DNA from: Eledone cirrhosa
Taxonomy: Eukaryota
NCBI GenBank assembly: GCA_964016885.1
Contig: OZ024750.1
Location: 44,144,001 to 44,208,000, forward strand
Length of the DNA: 64,000 nucleotides
Direction of reading: 5' to 3'
A model generated the notes under the pieces. It saw only the letters and a program-made list of their open reading frames with translations, was not told the DNA's origin and did not search any database. Position numbers and translations under genes: made by a program. Each line of letters starts with the position of its first letter. Position 1 is the stretch's first letter. Positions 14,106 to 29,982 of this stretch are shown in pieces.

Positions 14106-14322
14106 GGCGGCGGATTGGCAGTAACGGTAGGGCCTCGGATAACATGTTTAGCAGCATATAGTTACTGCTCTTTAAGTTCTGAGTCCAAATCCTGTCGAGG
14201 ATAACTTTGCCTTTCAACCTTACAAGACCGATAACATAAAGTACCAGTCACACACTGGGGTGGATTTAATCGAATTTTCTCCCCACAAAATTGCTGGTCT
14301 TGTGCCTAAAGTAGAAACAATT
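14106..14322 (+). mobile_element. SINE family 1 variant
   Basis: GGCGGCGGATTGGCAG head to AGTAGAAACAATTA tail. Confidence 0.82.
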
Positions 14323-14472
14323 ATAGGTGAGATAGGTGAGATAGCTACTGATCATAAATCTACAGGGAAAGGGTTAAACTGGATCTATTCCAGTACGTAA
14401 GATTTTCGATACGTTTATTAAAAGAGAAATTAATCAATATTACCTATAGAATTACATATATATATATGTATG

Positions 14473-14585
14473 TAGGAAAATGATTGACCCCGACGGCAGA
14501 GCTCAAGCCGTTTCGACGGCTATTTCAGAAATAGCCGTCGAAACGGTGCATCTGGTCCATCTGGTTTCTTACCACAACTCCTCCT

Positions 14586-14587
<2 letters not shown>
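14473..14587 (+). mobile_element. fold-back element family B (internally deleted)
   Basis: CCGTTTCGACGGCTATTTC/GAAATAGCCGTCGAAACGG palindrome plus family tail; TA-flanked. Confidence 0.75.
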
Positions 14588-14633
<46 letters not shown>

Positions 14634-14637
<4 letters not shown>

Positions 14638-14735
14638 GACGTAAAATAAGAAAATTTAGAAATTAAAAATTAACTTACTTACTAAAATGTTCACTCCAAC
14701 TAATTAGTTTCTGACGAATATTTGGTAGATGTACT

Positions 14736-14740
<5 letters not shown>
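14634..14740 (-). mobile_element. hammerhead family D fragment with inversion
   Basis: Reverse complement of 25720-25795 (GAAACTAATTAGTTGG...) joined to forward tail TGGTAGATGTACTAATTC. Confidence 0.65.
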
Positions 14741-14823
<83 letters not shown>

Positions 14824-14833
14824 ATATATATAT

Positions 14834-15035
14834 AACGAAGGACATGTGGGAAGGAACCAGGTGGACCACAATGCACCAAAGTACTCAATACTTAGGGTAG
14901 TAGAGTGGGTAATAGGAACGAGTAGGACCCCGACGGCTGAGCTGAAGCCGTTTCGACGGCTAATTCTGGACTCGATCAGTCCAGTATTAGCCGTCGAAAC
15001 GGCTTCAGCTCAGCCGTCGGGGTCCTACTCGTTCC
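14834..15035 (-). mobile_element. fold-back element family B
   Basis: ~60-bp near-perfect inverted arms (14913-15037) plus ~80-nt one-sided tail; in (TA)n. Confidence 0.85.
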
Positions 15036-15258
<223 letters not shown>

Positions 15259-15469
15259 GTATGTGTATGTATTTTTTTCTCACGATTCAGTTCTTACTTT
15301 GCTACGGACCCCGGCTGAATTAATGGTCACTATCTTCATTTTGCAAAGCCCTTTAAACTGTATGTTATTACTCTGAGGTCCTATACCTTGCCGACTTCTT
15401 GGTTGCACAGCTGAAAGCATTCGTTGGCTTAGCTGTGCGGCTCGAGCTTCGAATATACTCTACTTCATA

Positions 15470-15519
<50 letters not shown>

Positions 15520-15523
<4 letters not shown>

Positions 15524-16000
15524 GCAGTGGTACCCGGCGTTGCACGGGATAAGGTATTGTGAAATATATAACCTCCTTAGCTAATCTTAGTATTGCCACA
15601 ACCACGGCTGGCAAAGAAGTAAGGGTCTGGTGGTACGTAAGTAAGCAACACTGTGGCTTAAAACGTGAAGAAGAAGTTGTGTGCACTTACCAACTGTTTG
15701 TGGAATGAGTGTGAGATTTCTCTTGACCAAGGGTAGCAGAATAACCGGAGGCAGCAGACAGCCAGACATACAGACAGATATTATAAGGGCGCGACGTTAT
15801 ATGTATGTATCTATCAAAAAAGAGAAAGACTAAGAATTATAGAGAGAGATCGCTAAATCGCATAATACGATCCCTAGGGCATCGAAAATTTGAGATTTAC
15901 TTTGCTCAGAACACTCCCTGAAACATAAGTATTACATGTGTAAAGTTTGAAAACAGTCGGTTGGGTGGTTCTCTAGTTTTAGGGATTCAAACTCACACAC
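15520..16000 (+). mobile_element. non-autonomous Helitron/Helentron-like fragments
   Basis: TAGCAG..TACCCGGCGTTGCACGGG subterminal hairpin, CAGACAG-type repeat near 15760-15780, and CATGTGTAAAGTTTGAAA..TCGGTTGGGTGGTT; recalled as typical of such elements. Confidence 0.5.
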
Positions 16001-16101
16001 ACTCAGGGGGTGTATATGTGTGTGTCTTACTCGGGTGCATTTGGGTAAATATGAGTCTGCATGTGCGCATAACTATGTATATATGTATATATATATATAT
16101 T

Positions 16102-16139
<38 letters not shown>

Positions 16140-16216
16140 CGTGTGTATGTGTGCGTGCGTGTTTGTGTACAGGTTAGTGTGTTTCTGGGTGAAATTATTC
16201 ACAATTGTGTATTAGG

Positions 16217-16282
<66 letters not shown>

Positions 16283-16296
16283 GTGTATATATAAAC

Positions 16297-16372
<76 letters not shown>

Positions 16373-16672
16373 ATATATATATATATGAACATATATTTGC
16401 ATATCTGTGTACATTTAAGGGCGTATGTTTTCGTGAGTGCATATGTACATTTGCTTGGATGCGCATGTGTTTGTGTATGTGTGTGTATGTGTGTGTGTGT
16501 GTATGCGTGTATGGCAGTGTGTGTATGTGTGTGTGTGTTTGCTGGTTGGAATATAATGTACGATTCAGGTCTGATCCGCTGTGTTTGACACGGTTGCCTG
16601 AAGGGGAGTCAATTATATATAAGAAAGAAAGAATTATAGTAAGAATGAGAGATATAGAGAAAGAAGGATTGG

Positions 16673-17942
<1,270 letters not shown>

Positions 17943-18164
17943 TCTCGTGCTCAATTCTTCTCTTTTCATTCATTGTAACATACGCCATTTTGATTTCCTT
18001 CTACATCTACAACAACGCCATCTTAAACATCTTAACGTCTTGTGTCACCGACAATAACGACGACGTGACGCTGGCCTGATAGAACGGTGACGTCGATAAC
18101 TAACAGCCTCAACGTCAATGACGTTAACTGCTGCGGCGACGGAATGCGGCCTGATAACAGTATG

Positions 18165-18740
18165 AACGATTTCACATGATAGTGACGGTATAAATGACGT
18201 CACTAAATTATAGTAACGGCATAAATGACGTCATCACATTATAGTAATGGTATAAATGACGTCATTACATAATAGTAACGTTATAAATGACGTCACTACA
18301 TGATAATGACGGTATAAATGACGTCACTACATGATAGTACCAGTATAAATAACATCACTACATAAGAGGAACAGTATAAATGACGTGATTACATAATATT
18401 AACAGTATAAATGACGTCACTGTATGATAGTAACAGTATAAATAACATCACTACGTAAGAGGAACAGTATAACTGACGTGATTACATAATAGTACCAGTA
18501 TAAATGACGTCACTATATGATAGTAACAGTATAAATGACGTCACTACATAAGAGGAACAGTATAAATGACATGATTACATAATAGTAACCGTATAAATGA
18601 CGTCACTATATGATAGTAACGGAATAAATGACGTCACTATATGAGAGTAACGGTATACATGACGTCACAATATGATAGTAACGGTATAAATGACGTCACG
18701 CTATGATAGTAACGGTATACATGACGTCACTACAAGAAAG
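18165..18740. repeat. 31-bp minisatellite, ~18 units, carrying TATAAA-TGACGTCA
   Basis: Consensus AGTAACGGTATAAATGACGTCACTATATGAT; TGACGTCA recurs every 31 nt (e.g. 18598, 18629, 18660). Confidence 0.93.
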
Positions 18741-19011
18741 TAAAGGTAAAATGTCACGGTATACAAATGAGGCTAATCAGCCAATGTATATATTAGAAAG
18801 TACTATATATTTTCCACAGTTCAATCGAGTGGCAGAGAGGTATACAGTCCTGATGGAGAGTAATGACACAGAAACACGTTGATTGTTCCTCAATGCCACT
18901 GTTGAACAAAATGATAGTGATAGCGGTCAAGATACAACATAGCATAGTAAGGCCGTTTTGTTGCAAACGAATCAAATATTATTATAATTATTCAGCACAA
19001 CCCATTTATGT

Positions 19012-19662
19012 ATAACACTACAACGCTACAACACTACAACGCTACAACGCTACAACACTACAACACTACAACGCTACAACGCTACAACGCTACAACACTA
19101 CAACACTACAACGCTACAACACTACAACACTACAACGCTACAACGCTACAACGCTACAACACTACAACGCTACAACACTACAATGCTACAACACTACAAC
19201 ACTACAACACTACAACGCTACAACACTACAACACTACAACTCTACAACGCTACAACACTACAACGCTACAACACTACAACGCTACAACACTACAACACTA
19301 CAACACTACAACGCTACAACACTACAACGCTACAACACTACAACACTACAACACTACAACGCTACAACACTACAATGCTACAACGTTACAACACTACAAC
19401 GCTACAAAACTACAACACTACAACACTACAACACTACAACACTACGACGCTACAACACTACAACACTACAACGCTACAACACTACAACACTACAACACTA
19501 CAACACTACAACACTACAACACTACAACGCTACAACACTACAACGCTACAACGCTACAACACTACAACACTACAACGCTACAAAACTACAACACTACAAC
19601 ACTACAACGCTACAACACTACAACACTACAACATTACAACGCTACAACACTACAACACTACA
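19012..19662. repeat. 8-bp repeat (ACAACACT/ACAACGCT)n
   Basis: Direct inspection. Confidence 0.95.
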
Positions 19663-19812
19663 TGACAATATTACACTATTACAATAAATAACACTACAGT
19701 ACCAAATGTTCTCATTGCCATATAGCTAATAACCAGTTGTAACCAATAAGATTTGTTGACTTTCACCCTGTCGCTCTCTCTCCTTCTTCTCTGTTTCTCA
19801 CCCCCCTCTCTC

Positions 19813-19868
<56 letters not shown>

Positions 19869-19916
19869 TATAGATATATATTTATGTATATATGTATCAG
19901 TGTTCGTATCTTATTG

Positions 19917-19962
<46 letters not shown>

Positions 19963-19964
<2 letters not shown>

Positions 19965-20179
19965 CAAAGGAATTGTGGTAAGGAACCAGTTGGACCATAA
20001 CGCACCAGAGTACTCAATACTTAGAGTAGTAGAGTGGGAATTAGGAAAATGTATGACCCCGACGGCAGAGCTCAAGCCGTTTCGACGGCTATTTCTGGAC
20101 AAAATTAGAATTTTTTCTAATTTAGTCCAGAAATGGCCGTCGAAACGGCTTAAGCTCTGCCGTCGGGGTCATACTTTTT

Positions 20180-20181
<2 letters not shown>
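19963..20181 (-). mobile_element. fold-back element family B
   Basis: ~70-bp inverted arms centred ~20112 plus tail; in (TA)n. Confidence 0.85.
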
Positions 20182-20250
<69 letters not shown>

Positions 20251-20254
20251 CACG

Positions 20255-20441
20255 GTAAAAACCTCCCAGTCCACGCTATAAACGTGGTTGGTGTTAGGAA
20301 GGGCATCCAGCCGTAGAAAACCCGCCAGACAGTACTGAGCAAGACAACCAATCTTGCCTAAAGTGGGACAATTCCCGTCCAGACCCATGCTAGCGTGGAA
20401 GATGGAAGATCGCCGTTAAACGACGATGATAATGATGATGA
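20255..20441 (+). mobile_element. 3' half of a different SINE (V-domain-like)
   Basis: GGTTGGTGTTAGGAAGGGCATCCAGCCGTAGAAA ... CGTTAAACGACGATGAT tail. Confidence 0.6.
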
Positions 20442-20854
20442 TATATATATATACATATATGTGTATGTGTGTATGTATATATATATATATATATATACAC
20501 ACGTGTTTGTTATTAGTGCTGCCCCCTATAATGTTTCATAAACTATTTTCTTTCCTCTTTGACTCAAGGATTTTCTCTTTCCATCTTTCTGTGTGTGCAT
20601 CTATATGTATTTGTGTATGTGTGTGTGTATGTATGTGTGTGTGTGTGCGTGTGTGTCTGTGTGCATGTAAGTCTCTTTTTGTCTTAGTGAGAGAGAGAGG
20701 AAGAAATACAGAAATGGAGAGTGAGGGGGGGGGGGGTATTACGTTCTCAGCTGTTCTCCATCTCATTCTCGTTCCTTCATTGATTCCTTACCAAATTATT
20801 CTTCATCTCTATTTCCTCCCTGAAACCACCCACTTTTTATCCAAGAATCCTTCT

Positions 20855-21830
20855 CCTCCCTCGTTCACCCTCTCCCTCGTTTGCTCTCTCCCTCGTTCAT
20901 TCTCTCCCTCCTTCACTCTGTCCCTCGTTCACTCTCTCCCTCATTCACCCTATCCCTCGTTATTTCTCTCCCTCGTTCACTCTCTCCCTCGTTCCATCTC
21001 TCCCTCCTTCACTCCCTCATTCACGCTCTCCCTCGTTCACTCTCTCCCTCGTTCAGTCTCTCCCTCCTTCACTCCCTCGTTCACCTCTCCCTCGTTCAGT
21101 CTCTCCCTCCTTCACTCCCTCATTCACCCTCTCCCTCGTTCACCTCTCCCTCGTTCACTCTCTCACTCGTTCACTCCCTCATTCACCCTCTCCCTCGTTC
21201 ACTCTCTCTCCCTCGTTCACTCTCTCACTCGTTCACTCCCTCATTCACCCTCTCCCTCGTTCACCTCTCCCTCGTTCACTCCCTCATTCACCCTCTACCT
21301 CGTTCACACTCTCTCTCTCGTTCACTCTCTCACTCTTTCACTCCCTCATTCACTCTCTCTCTCCCTCGTTCACCTCTCCCTCGTTCACTCTCTCACTCGT
21401 TCACTCCCTCATTCACCCTCTCCCTCGTTCACTCTCTCCCTCGTTCACTCTCTCACTCGTTCACTCCCTCATTCACCCTCTCTCCCTCGTTCACTTCTCC
21501 CTCGTTCACTCTCTCACTCGTTCACTCCCTCATTCACCCTCTCCCTCGTTCACTCTCTCCCTCGTTCACTCTCTCACTCGTTCACTCCCTCATTCACCCT
21601 CTCCCTCGTTCACTCTCTCCCTCGTTCAGTCTCTCCCTCCTTCACTCCCTCATTCACCCTCTCCCTCATTCACCTCTCCCTCGTTCACTCTCTCCCTCCT
21701 TCACTCCCTCATTCACCCTCTCCCTCCTTCACTCCCTCATTCACCCTCTCCCTCGTTCACCCTCTCCCTCATTCACCCTCTCACTCGTTCACTCCCTCAC
21801 TCACTCTCTCTCCCTCCTTCACTCTCCTTC
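20855..21830. repeat. pyrimidine-rich variable minisatellite (CTCTCCCTCGTTCA-like)
   Basis: Direct inspection. Confidence 0.9.
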
Positions 21831-21997
21831 TATCCCTCTACCAATACATCCCACCCACCGTTTCCTTTCCATCCAATCCTTCCGGCCACACAACAGCGTC
21901 AGTCCTCCAATAGTTACATGGATATAACAATGACAGAATATGGATCTAGTACACACACACACATAGACACGCACGCACACACTCATACACACACCCC

Positions 21998-22052
<55 letters not shown>

Positions 22053-22054
<2 letters not shown>

Positions 22055-22356
22055 TAATTGTTTCTACTTTAGGCACAAGGCCAGCAATTACCCCAGTGCA
22101 TTACTGGTACTTTAATTTATCAACCCTGTAAGGATGAAAGGCAAAGTTAACCACGACGGGATTTGACCTCAGACAGTAAAGGGACGTAACTATGGGTAAT
22201 AATAATTGTTTCTATTTTTGGCACAAGGCCAGCAATAACCCAGTGTATTACTGGTACTTTATTTTATCGACCCCATAAGGATGAAAGGCAAAGTTAACCT
22301 CGGCGGGATTTGAACTCAGAATGGCAAGGCGTCCGACCCTCTACCGATACTGCCAA
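22053..22356 (-). mobile_element. two tandem family 1 SINEs (one truncated, one internally deleted)
   Basis: 22053-22192 and 22198-22356. Confidence 0.85.
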
Positions 22357-22422
22357 TAATATTATCCAATTATTGATAAAGTATATATATATATACTGTG
22401 TATATATATATGTGTGTGTATG

Positions 22423-22587
<165 letters not shown>

Positions 22588-23041
22588 TTAACATCCCGAA
22601 TGTATGCTGGTATACTTTCAAGTATGTATGTATGTATGTATGTATGTATGTATGTATGTATGTATGTATGTATATGTATGTATGTACGTATGTATATATG
22701 TATGTATATATGTATGTATGTATGTATATGTATGTATGTATGTACGTATGTATATATGTATATGTATGTATGTATGATGTATGTATGTATGTATGTATAT
22801 GTGTATGTATATATATATGTATGTATTTATGTATGTGTGTGTTTGCATATCACTCTCACCTTCCCCCTCTCTCACTCTATATAATATATTCCTCCCACCA
22901 CTTGTTTTCTCTTCCTCCTCCTCCTTACTAATTAATATGGGGGGGGGGGATACAACATTATGCTTCCACCAATAGACAAACAGATAAACATGAGAGAATA
23001 TGTGTGTGTGTATGGGAGAGAGAGAGGGGGAGGGGGGAGAG

Positions 23042-23079
<38 letters not shown>

Positions 23080-24074
23080 CGTGAGAGAGAGAGAGAGAAA
23101 GAAAGAAAGAGATAGAGGGAGGGTGAAAGAGAAAGGGATAGAGAGAGCGGGAGGTATATATATAGAGAGAGAAGCGAGATAGAGATAGATGGAGAGAGAG
23201 TGCGAGAGGTAGAGAGAAACAGAGACATACAGAGAGATGGAGAGAGAGTGAGAGAGAGAGAGGGTGAGCGAGAAAAAAAGAGAGAGAGAGAGAGAGACAG
23301 AGAGAGAAAGACAGTGAGAGGGAGATAGAGAGAGAGAGTGAGACAGAGAGCGAGAGAGAGAAAGAAACGGTACAGATAAGAGAGCGAGAGAGAGAAATAC
23401 AGACTTCTTGGAGAAGAGAAAGATTCATATATTATAATTACTGACAGTGAGGCTACGTCTATTTTTGCCTCCATTGTTTATTTTTTCGCCCTTAGTTTGG
23501 CGTTGTATTCTTCATTCTTCACGCCTCACGCTTCCTCCCCCGTCAATACCTCATACCAGGAAGATTATTGAGAAGCACATTGGAAGATTCTAGAAAACAA
23601 ATCGTCAGCTTAACGAATCATTTTATTGAATTGGTTTACAATATTTTCTTTTGTATAATGATGCTTTCTGGAACTTTCGCCTCCAGAGATTTTCAGCCTC
23701 GGGTCCAAATAGAGAGAGAGAGAAAGGGAGAGAGAGAGAGAAAGAGAGAGAGAGTGTCAGAGAGAGAGAAACAACAATAACTACTACAACAACAACAACA
23801 GAAACGAAAAAATATAATAAAATATTATCAAAATAAAAATACAAAATATTGAGTTCGTTGGTAACAAATTTCCACCATGTCAGATATTTAAATAAGAATG
23901 AGAGGAAAAGAAAGAGAAGGATGATATTGAATGAAAAAGGGCAACACTCTAGGTGGAGGGGAGAGGAGCAGAACTGATAAAGACCATCACGTTGTTGAGG
24001 TTGTTATCTTTTTTATTTTTAATCAACTCGAATTTTCTTTTATTTCCCAATATTTTGTAGCCAGATTGAAAACA

Positions 24075-24179
24075 TACATACACAGCGGAAAATAACGAAA
24101 TTATGTACGACATACAAATATACAAACACACACACACACTCACACTCACTCATACACACACACACACACACACGCACAC

Positions 24180-24269
<90 letters not shown>

Positions 24270-24270
24270 T

Positions 24271-24356
<86 letters not shown>

Positions 24357-24487
24357 CGTACATCCACATATACATACATATATACTTCCGTACGTACAAA
24401 CGGAAAATAATGAAGTCATGTACTGGTCATACATGTATACACGCATACATACACACGCACACACACGCACACACACACACACACACA

Positions 24488-24540
<53 letters not shown>

Positions 24541-24541
24541 T

Positions 24542-24573
<32 letters not shown>

Positions 24574-24674
24574 TATATATATATATATATACGTACATCC
24601 ACACATACATGTATAGGTTCGTACGTACAAAGAAGAAATTAACGAAATTATGAACGCACATACAAGTATACAAG

Positions 24675-24707
<33 letters not shown>

Positions 24708-24949
24708 GTATACCCTCACAAACATACACATAGATATATAGAGAGAAACGTACATATGTTCATATATAAGAGCATACAACATGCACACAGGTATGCATTG
24801 TTGCAAGTATACGGACGTATGCACACTCACACATACATATATATGTAGACACACATATACATGCATCAATACATACATATATACATTCGTACGTACAAAA
24901 CAGAAATTAACGAAGCTATGTACGGACACACAAGTATATAAACAGACAT

Positions 24950-25021
<72 letters not shown>

Positions 25022-25083
25022 GAAAAGTATATACATACATACAAACCAATATGCATTGCTTCCAACAAACGCACCTATGTATA

Positions 25084-25133
<50 letters not shown>

Positions 25134-25225
25134 TACACACATACACATATACATACATTAATACCTACATATATACTTTCGTACGCACAAAACAGATATT
25201 AACGAAGTCAACACACAATTATTCA
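24075..25225. repeat. degenerate ~250-310-bp tandem units with GTACGTACAAA..GAAATTAACGAA anchors between CA/TA tracts
   Basis: Anchors near 24085, 24390, 24620, 24888, 25180. Confidence 0.65.
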
Positions 25226-25226
25226 A

Positions 25227-25290
<64 letters not shown>

Positions 25291-25609
25291 AGAAACTTAT
25301 ATATATTCATACATAAAAGTATACATGCATACACACCTATATGCATTGTTACAAACATACGCACGTATGTATATGCACATATATATACATATATATGTCC
25401 ATACACCTATGCATACATCAATACATACAAATATATGTTCGCGCGTATGTATAAAGCTGATCACAGGTAATACACAGAGTGTGTGTACACATATAGAGAT
25501 GCATTCATGTATACGCTGGGATATATTTCACTAATATACAGTTTCTCACATCGCACCCTCTCACATATCATAGGTATATATCTTTTCTCCAGATTTCCAT
25601 TTCTAGTTT

Positions 25610-25652
<43 letters not shown>

Positions 25653-25667
25653 GAAAGGCTATATATA

Positions 25668-25795
25668 TGATGACGAAAGGCTTCTCCGTGCTCTCTTCGG
25701 ATAGTACGTTTAATCCCTTTCAGAAACTAATTAGTTGGGAGTGAAATTTAAGTAAGTAAGTTAATTTTATAATTTTCTTATTTTACGTCTCTCAT
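25668..25795 (+). ncRNA. hammerhead family D, near-complete core truncated at C3
   Basis: TGATGA (25668-73), stem II GAAAGG/CCTTTC, GAAA (25723-26), palindromic helix III A-CTAATTAG-T, GUU site; 5' stem I lost at TA junction. Confidence 0.65.
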
Positions 25796-25798
25796 ATA

Positions 25799-25865
<67 letters not shown>

Positions 25866-26026
25866 TAAAATAACAGATTAAAGTTTAAGCAAAGTATCGC
25901 TGCTTTCACACTTAACGGGATCTTCTGAAACTAACAAAGTCAATCTGTAAACGCAGAAGTGGATATTTCAAAATACGTTGGATTTTAGTCTTGAAATTTA
26001 TTATTATTACTATATATATATATAAG

Positions 26027-26355
26027 TACAAGTTATACATTAATATATATGATAAACACAAAACGTGTTTGTATTGTAAGAGGTGGGTTCGGATTCTGAA
26101 ATTTAAATTTGTCCAGGAATCACGGCTTTTGCCAATATAAGCTTGTCTTTATTGACTTATATCGAGACAGACAAATTGTATTCACTTTAATTAGTTTATT
26201 TCATGCTAGCTAACTTTGCCTCTTACAATACAAACACGTTTTGTGTTTATCATATATACTAATATATAACTTGTATTTCACTGCTCAGAAATGCCTCTTT
26301 CTTTGAGCTGATTAATTGTAAACGACTATGAGTTTAATCTCTAAATATAATATAG
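26027..26355 (+). mobile_element. fold-back element family C
   Basis: Inverted arms 26027-26083 / 26218-26276 plus tail; homologous to 49662-50038. Confidence 0.8.
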
Positions 26356-26379
26356 TATATATATATATATATATATATA

Positions 26380-26663
26380 CAATGATATTAAATAAATGGA
26401 AATTCAAGGGTGACCAAGACAACATTGGTACACTTTCAACAGATAAAATACAAAGTTCGTTTTATAAATAGAGACATACCGATGAAAATCATAACTTATT
26501 AGTTGGAAATTCACTATCCAGTGAATTAGTGAATTTCCAACTGATAAGATATGATTTTCATGGGTATATCTCTATTTACAAAACGAACTTTCTATTTTAT
26601 CTCATGAAAGCGTACCAATGTTGTCTTGGTCACCCTTGAATTTACATTTATTTAATATCATTG
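26380..26663. mobile_element. fold-back element family A with defective hammerheads
   Basis: ~135-bp inverted arms; both retain TATTTTAT-CT(C/G)(A/T)TGA-stem II-GAA but share a deletion of helix III/stem I'. Confidence 0.8.
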
Positions 26664-26674
26664 AATATATATAT

Positions 26675-26784
<110 letters not shown>

Positions 26785-26834
26785 TGTGTGTGTGTGTGTG
26801 AGTGTTTGCGTGTGTGTGTGTGTGTGTGAGTGTT

Positions 26835-26879
<45 letters not shown>

Positions 26880-27214
26880 GTATGCATGTGTGTTTGTTTC
26901 TGTTTGTATATGTGTATATTTGTCCATATATCTGTGTGTACTTGTGTCAATGAAACAAAAATGGCGGATCAATTATATTTTTAAATTTACATCGTCCGTC
27001 GTTTATGTATTGCAGCTACAGTGACAACCATTGTGAAGACATCACACTGTTAACCGTATATATATACTCGTTAACATATATAGACACAGGCTCATACACA
27101 CACGTGTAAACATATATACATACACACATAGGCATATATATATATATATATATACACACAGAAACCATGTATCTATCTCTTTATCTCTCTTTTATATATG
27201 TAAACGTGTACTGT

Positions 27215-27246
27215 ACCCTCATACACGTCTCCCTACACACCGCCAT

Positions 27247-27280
<34 letters not shown>

Positions 27281-28857
27281 CCTCATACATGTCTATCTAC
27301 ACACCGCCATCAATATATATATACACCCTCATACATGTCTATCTACACACCGCCATCAATATATATATACACACCCTCATACATGTCTATCTACACACCG
27401 CCATCAATATATATACACACCCTCATACATGTCTACCCACACACCGCCATCAATATATATATACACACCCTCATACATGTCTATCTACACACCGCCATCA
27501 ATATATATATACACCCTCATACATGTTTATCTACACACCGCCATCAATATATATATACACCCTCATACATGTCTATCTACACACCGCCATCAATATATAT
27601 ATACACACCCTCATACATGTCTATCTACACACCGCCATCAATATATATACACACCCTCATACATGTCTATCTACACACCGCCATCAATATATATATACAC
27701 CCTCATACATGTCTATCTACACACCGCCATCAATATATATATACACACCCTCATACATGTCTATCTACACACCGCCATCAATATATATACACACCCTCAT
27801 ACATGTCTATCTACACACCGCCATCAATATATATATACACCCTCATACATGTCTACCCACACACCGCCATCAATATATATACACACCCTCATACATGTCT
27901 ATCTACACACCGCCATCAATATATATACACACCCTCATACATGTCTATCTACACACCGCCATCAATATATATATACACCCTCATACATGTCTATCTACAC
28001 ACCGCCATCAATATATATATACACCCTCATACATGTCTATCTACACACCGCCATCAATATATATATACACACCCTCATACATGTCTATCTACACACCGCC
28101 ATCAATATATATACACACCCTCATACATGTCTATCTACACACCGCCATCAATATATATATACACACCCTCATACATGTCTATCTACACACCGCCATCAAT
28201 ATATATATACACCCTCATACATGTCTACCCACACACCGCCATCAATATATATATACACACCCTCATACATGTCTATCTACACACCGCCATCAATATATAT
28301 ACACACCCTCATACATGTCTACCCACACACCGCCATCAATATATATATACACACCCTCATACATGTCTATCTACACACCGCCATCAATATATATATACAC
28401 CCTCATACATGTTTATTTACACACCGCCATCAATATATATATACACCCTCATACATGTCTATCTACACACCGCCATCAATATATATACACACCCTCATAC
28501 ATGTCTATCTACACACCGCCATCAATATATATACACACCCTCATACATGTCTATCTACACACCGCCATCAATATATATATACACCCTCATACATGTCTAT
28601 CTACACACCGCCATCAATATATATACACACCCTCATACATGTCTATCTACACACCGCCATCAATATATATATACACCCTCATACATGTTTATCTACACAC
28701 CGCCATCAATATATATACACACCCTCATACATGTCTATCTACACACCGCCATCAATATATATACACACCCTCATACATGTCTATCTACACACCGCCATCA
28801 ATATATATATACACCCTCATACATGTCTATCTACACACCGCCATCAATATATATATC
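27215..28857. repeat. 46/48-bp minisatellite, ~35 units
   Basis: CACCCTCATACATGTCTATCTACACACCGCCATCAATATATATATA, highly homogeneous. Confidence 0.97.
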
Positions 28858-28991
28858 CACAGGAGGTACAAATCGTCAACAAGTTTTACAGTAGAATCAT
28901 ACGTAAATGAAAACTTCAGAAAACGAATACTTACACACACACAGAGACACACACACACACTCACATACACACATACACATATATATATATG

Positions 28992-29022
<31 letters not shown>

Positions 29023-29101
29023 ATACATATGTATATATATATATTTATATATATATATACATATACATATATATATACATATATATATATATATGTATAT
29101 C

Positions 29102-29156
<55 letters not shown>

Positions 29157-29203
29157 GTATAAATATATACATATACATATATATATACATATATACATAT
29201 GTG

Positions 29204-29320
<117 letters not shown>

Positions 29321-29414
29321 GTATATATATTTATGTGCAAATATGTACGTGTATGTGTATGTTTGTATACGCCAATGTTTATACATGTTTATAGAAGTTT
29401 GTGTAGGTATTATT

Positions 29415-29982
29415 ATGTATGTATATATGAACGTGTATCAGTATGTATATATGAACGTGTATCAGTATGTATATATGAACGTGTATCAGTATGTATATAT
29501 ATATATGAACGTATCAGTATGTATGTATATATGAACGCATCATTATGTATATATATATATGAACGTATCAGTATATATGTACCTCCGAATGCATCGGTAT
29601 GTATGTATATATATATGAAGGTATATATATATGCACGCATCAGTATGTATGTATATATGAACGTATCACTATGTATATATCTCTGAACATATCATTATGT
29701 ATGTATATATATATATGAACGTATCATTATTTATGTATATATGAACGTATCATTATGTATATATATATATATATATATATGAACATATTTCTATGTATGT
29801 ATATATATGAACGTATCATTATGTATGTACCTATGAAGGTATTAATATGTATGTGTGTATGAAGTCCTCACTATGTATGTGTCTATGAAGTCCTCATTAT
29901 ATATGTGTGTATGAAGTCCTAACTATGTATGTGTGTATGAAGTCCTAACTATGTATGTGTGTATGAAGGCACCACTATGTAT
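29415..29982. repeat. degenerate 24-30-bp tandem repeat (TATGTATATATGAACGTATCA)
   Basis: Direct inspection. Confidence 0.8.

Noticed and set aside
14834-15035. Interpretation of the palindromes as MITEs or pre-miRNAs
   Set aside because: Asymmetric one-sided tails, variable centres and hammerhead motifs fit retroelement fold-backs better; no small-RNA evidence available.
18820-18885. Possible exon after TTTTCCACAG downstream of the CRE array
   Set aside because: All frames stop within ~20 codons, no recognisable homology; unsupported without RNA-seq.
25862-25945. Minus-strand CAGAAGA..GAAA hammerhead-like remnant
   Set aside because: Core mutated and stems I and III do not pair convincingly; possibly a decayed copy but not supportable.
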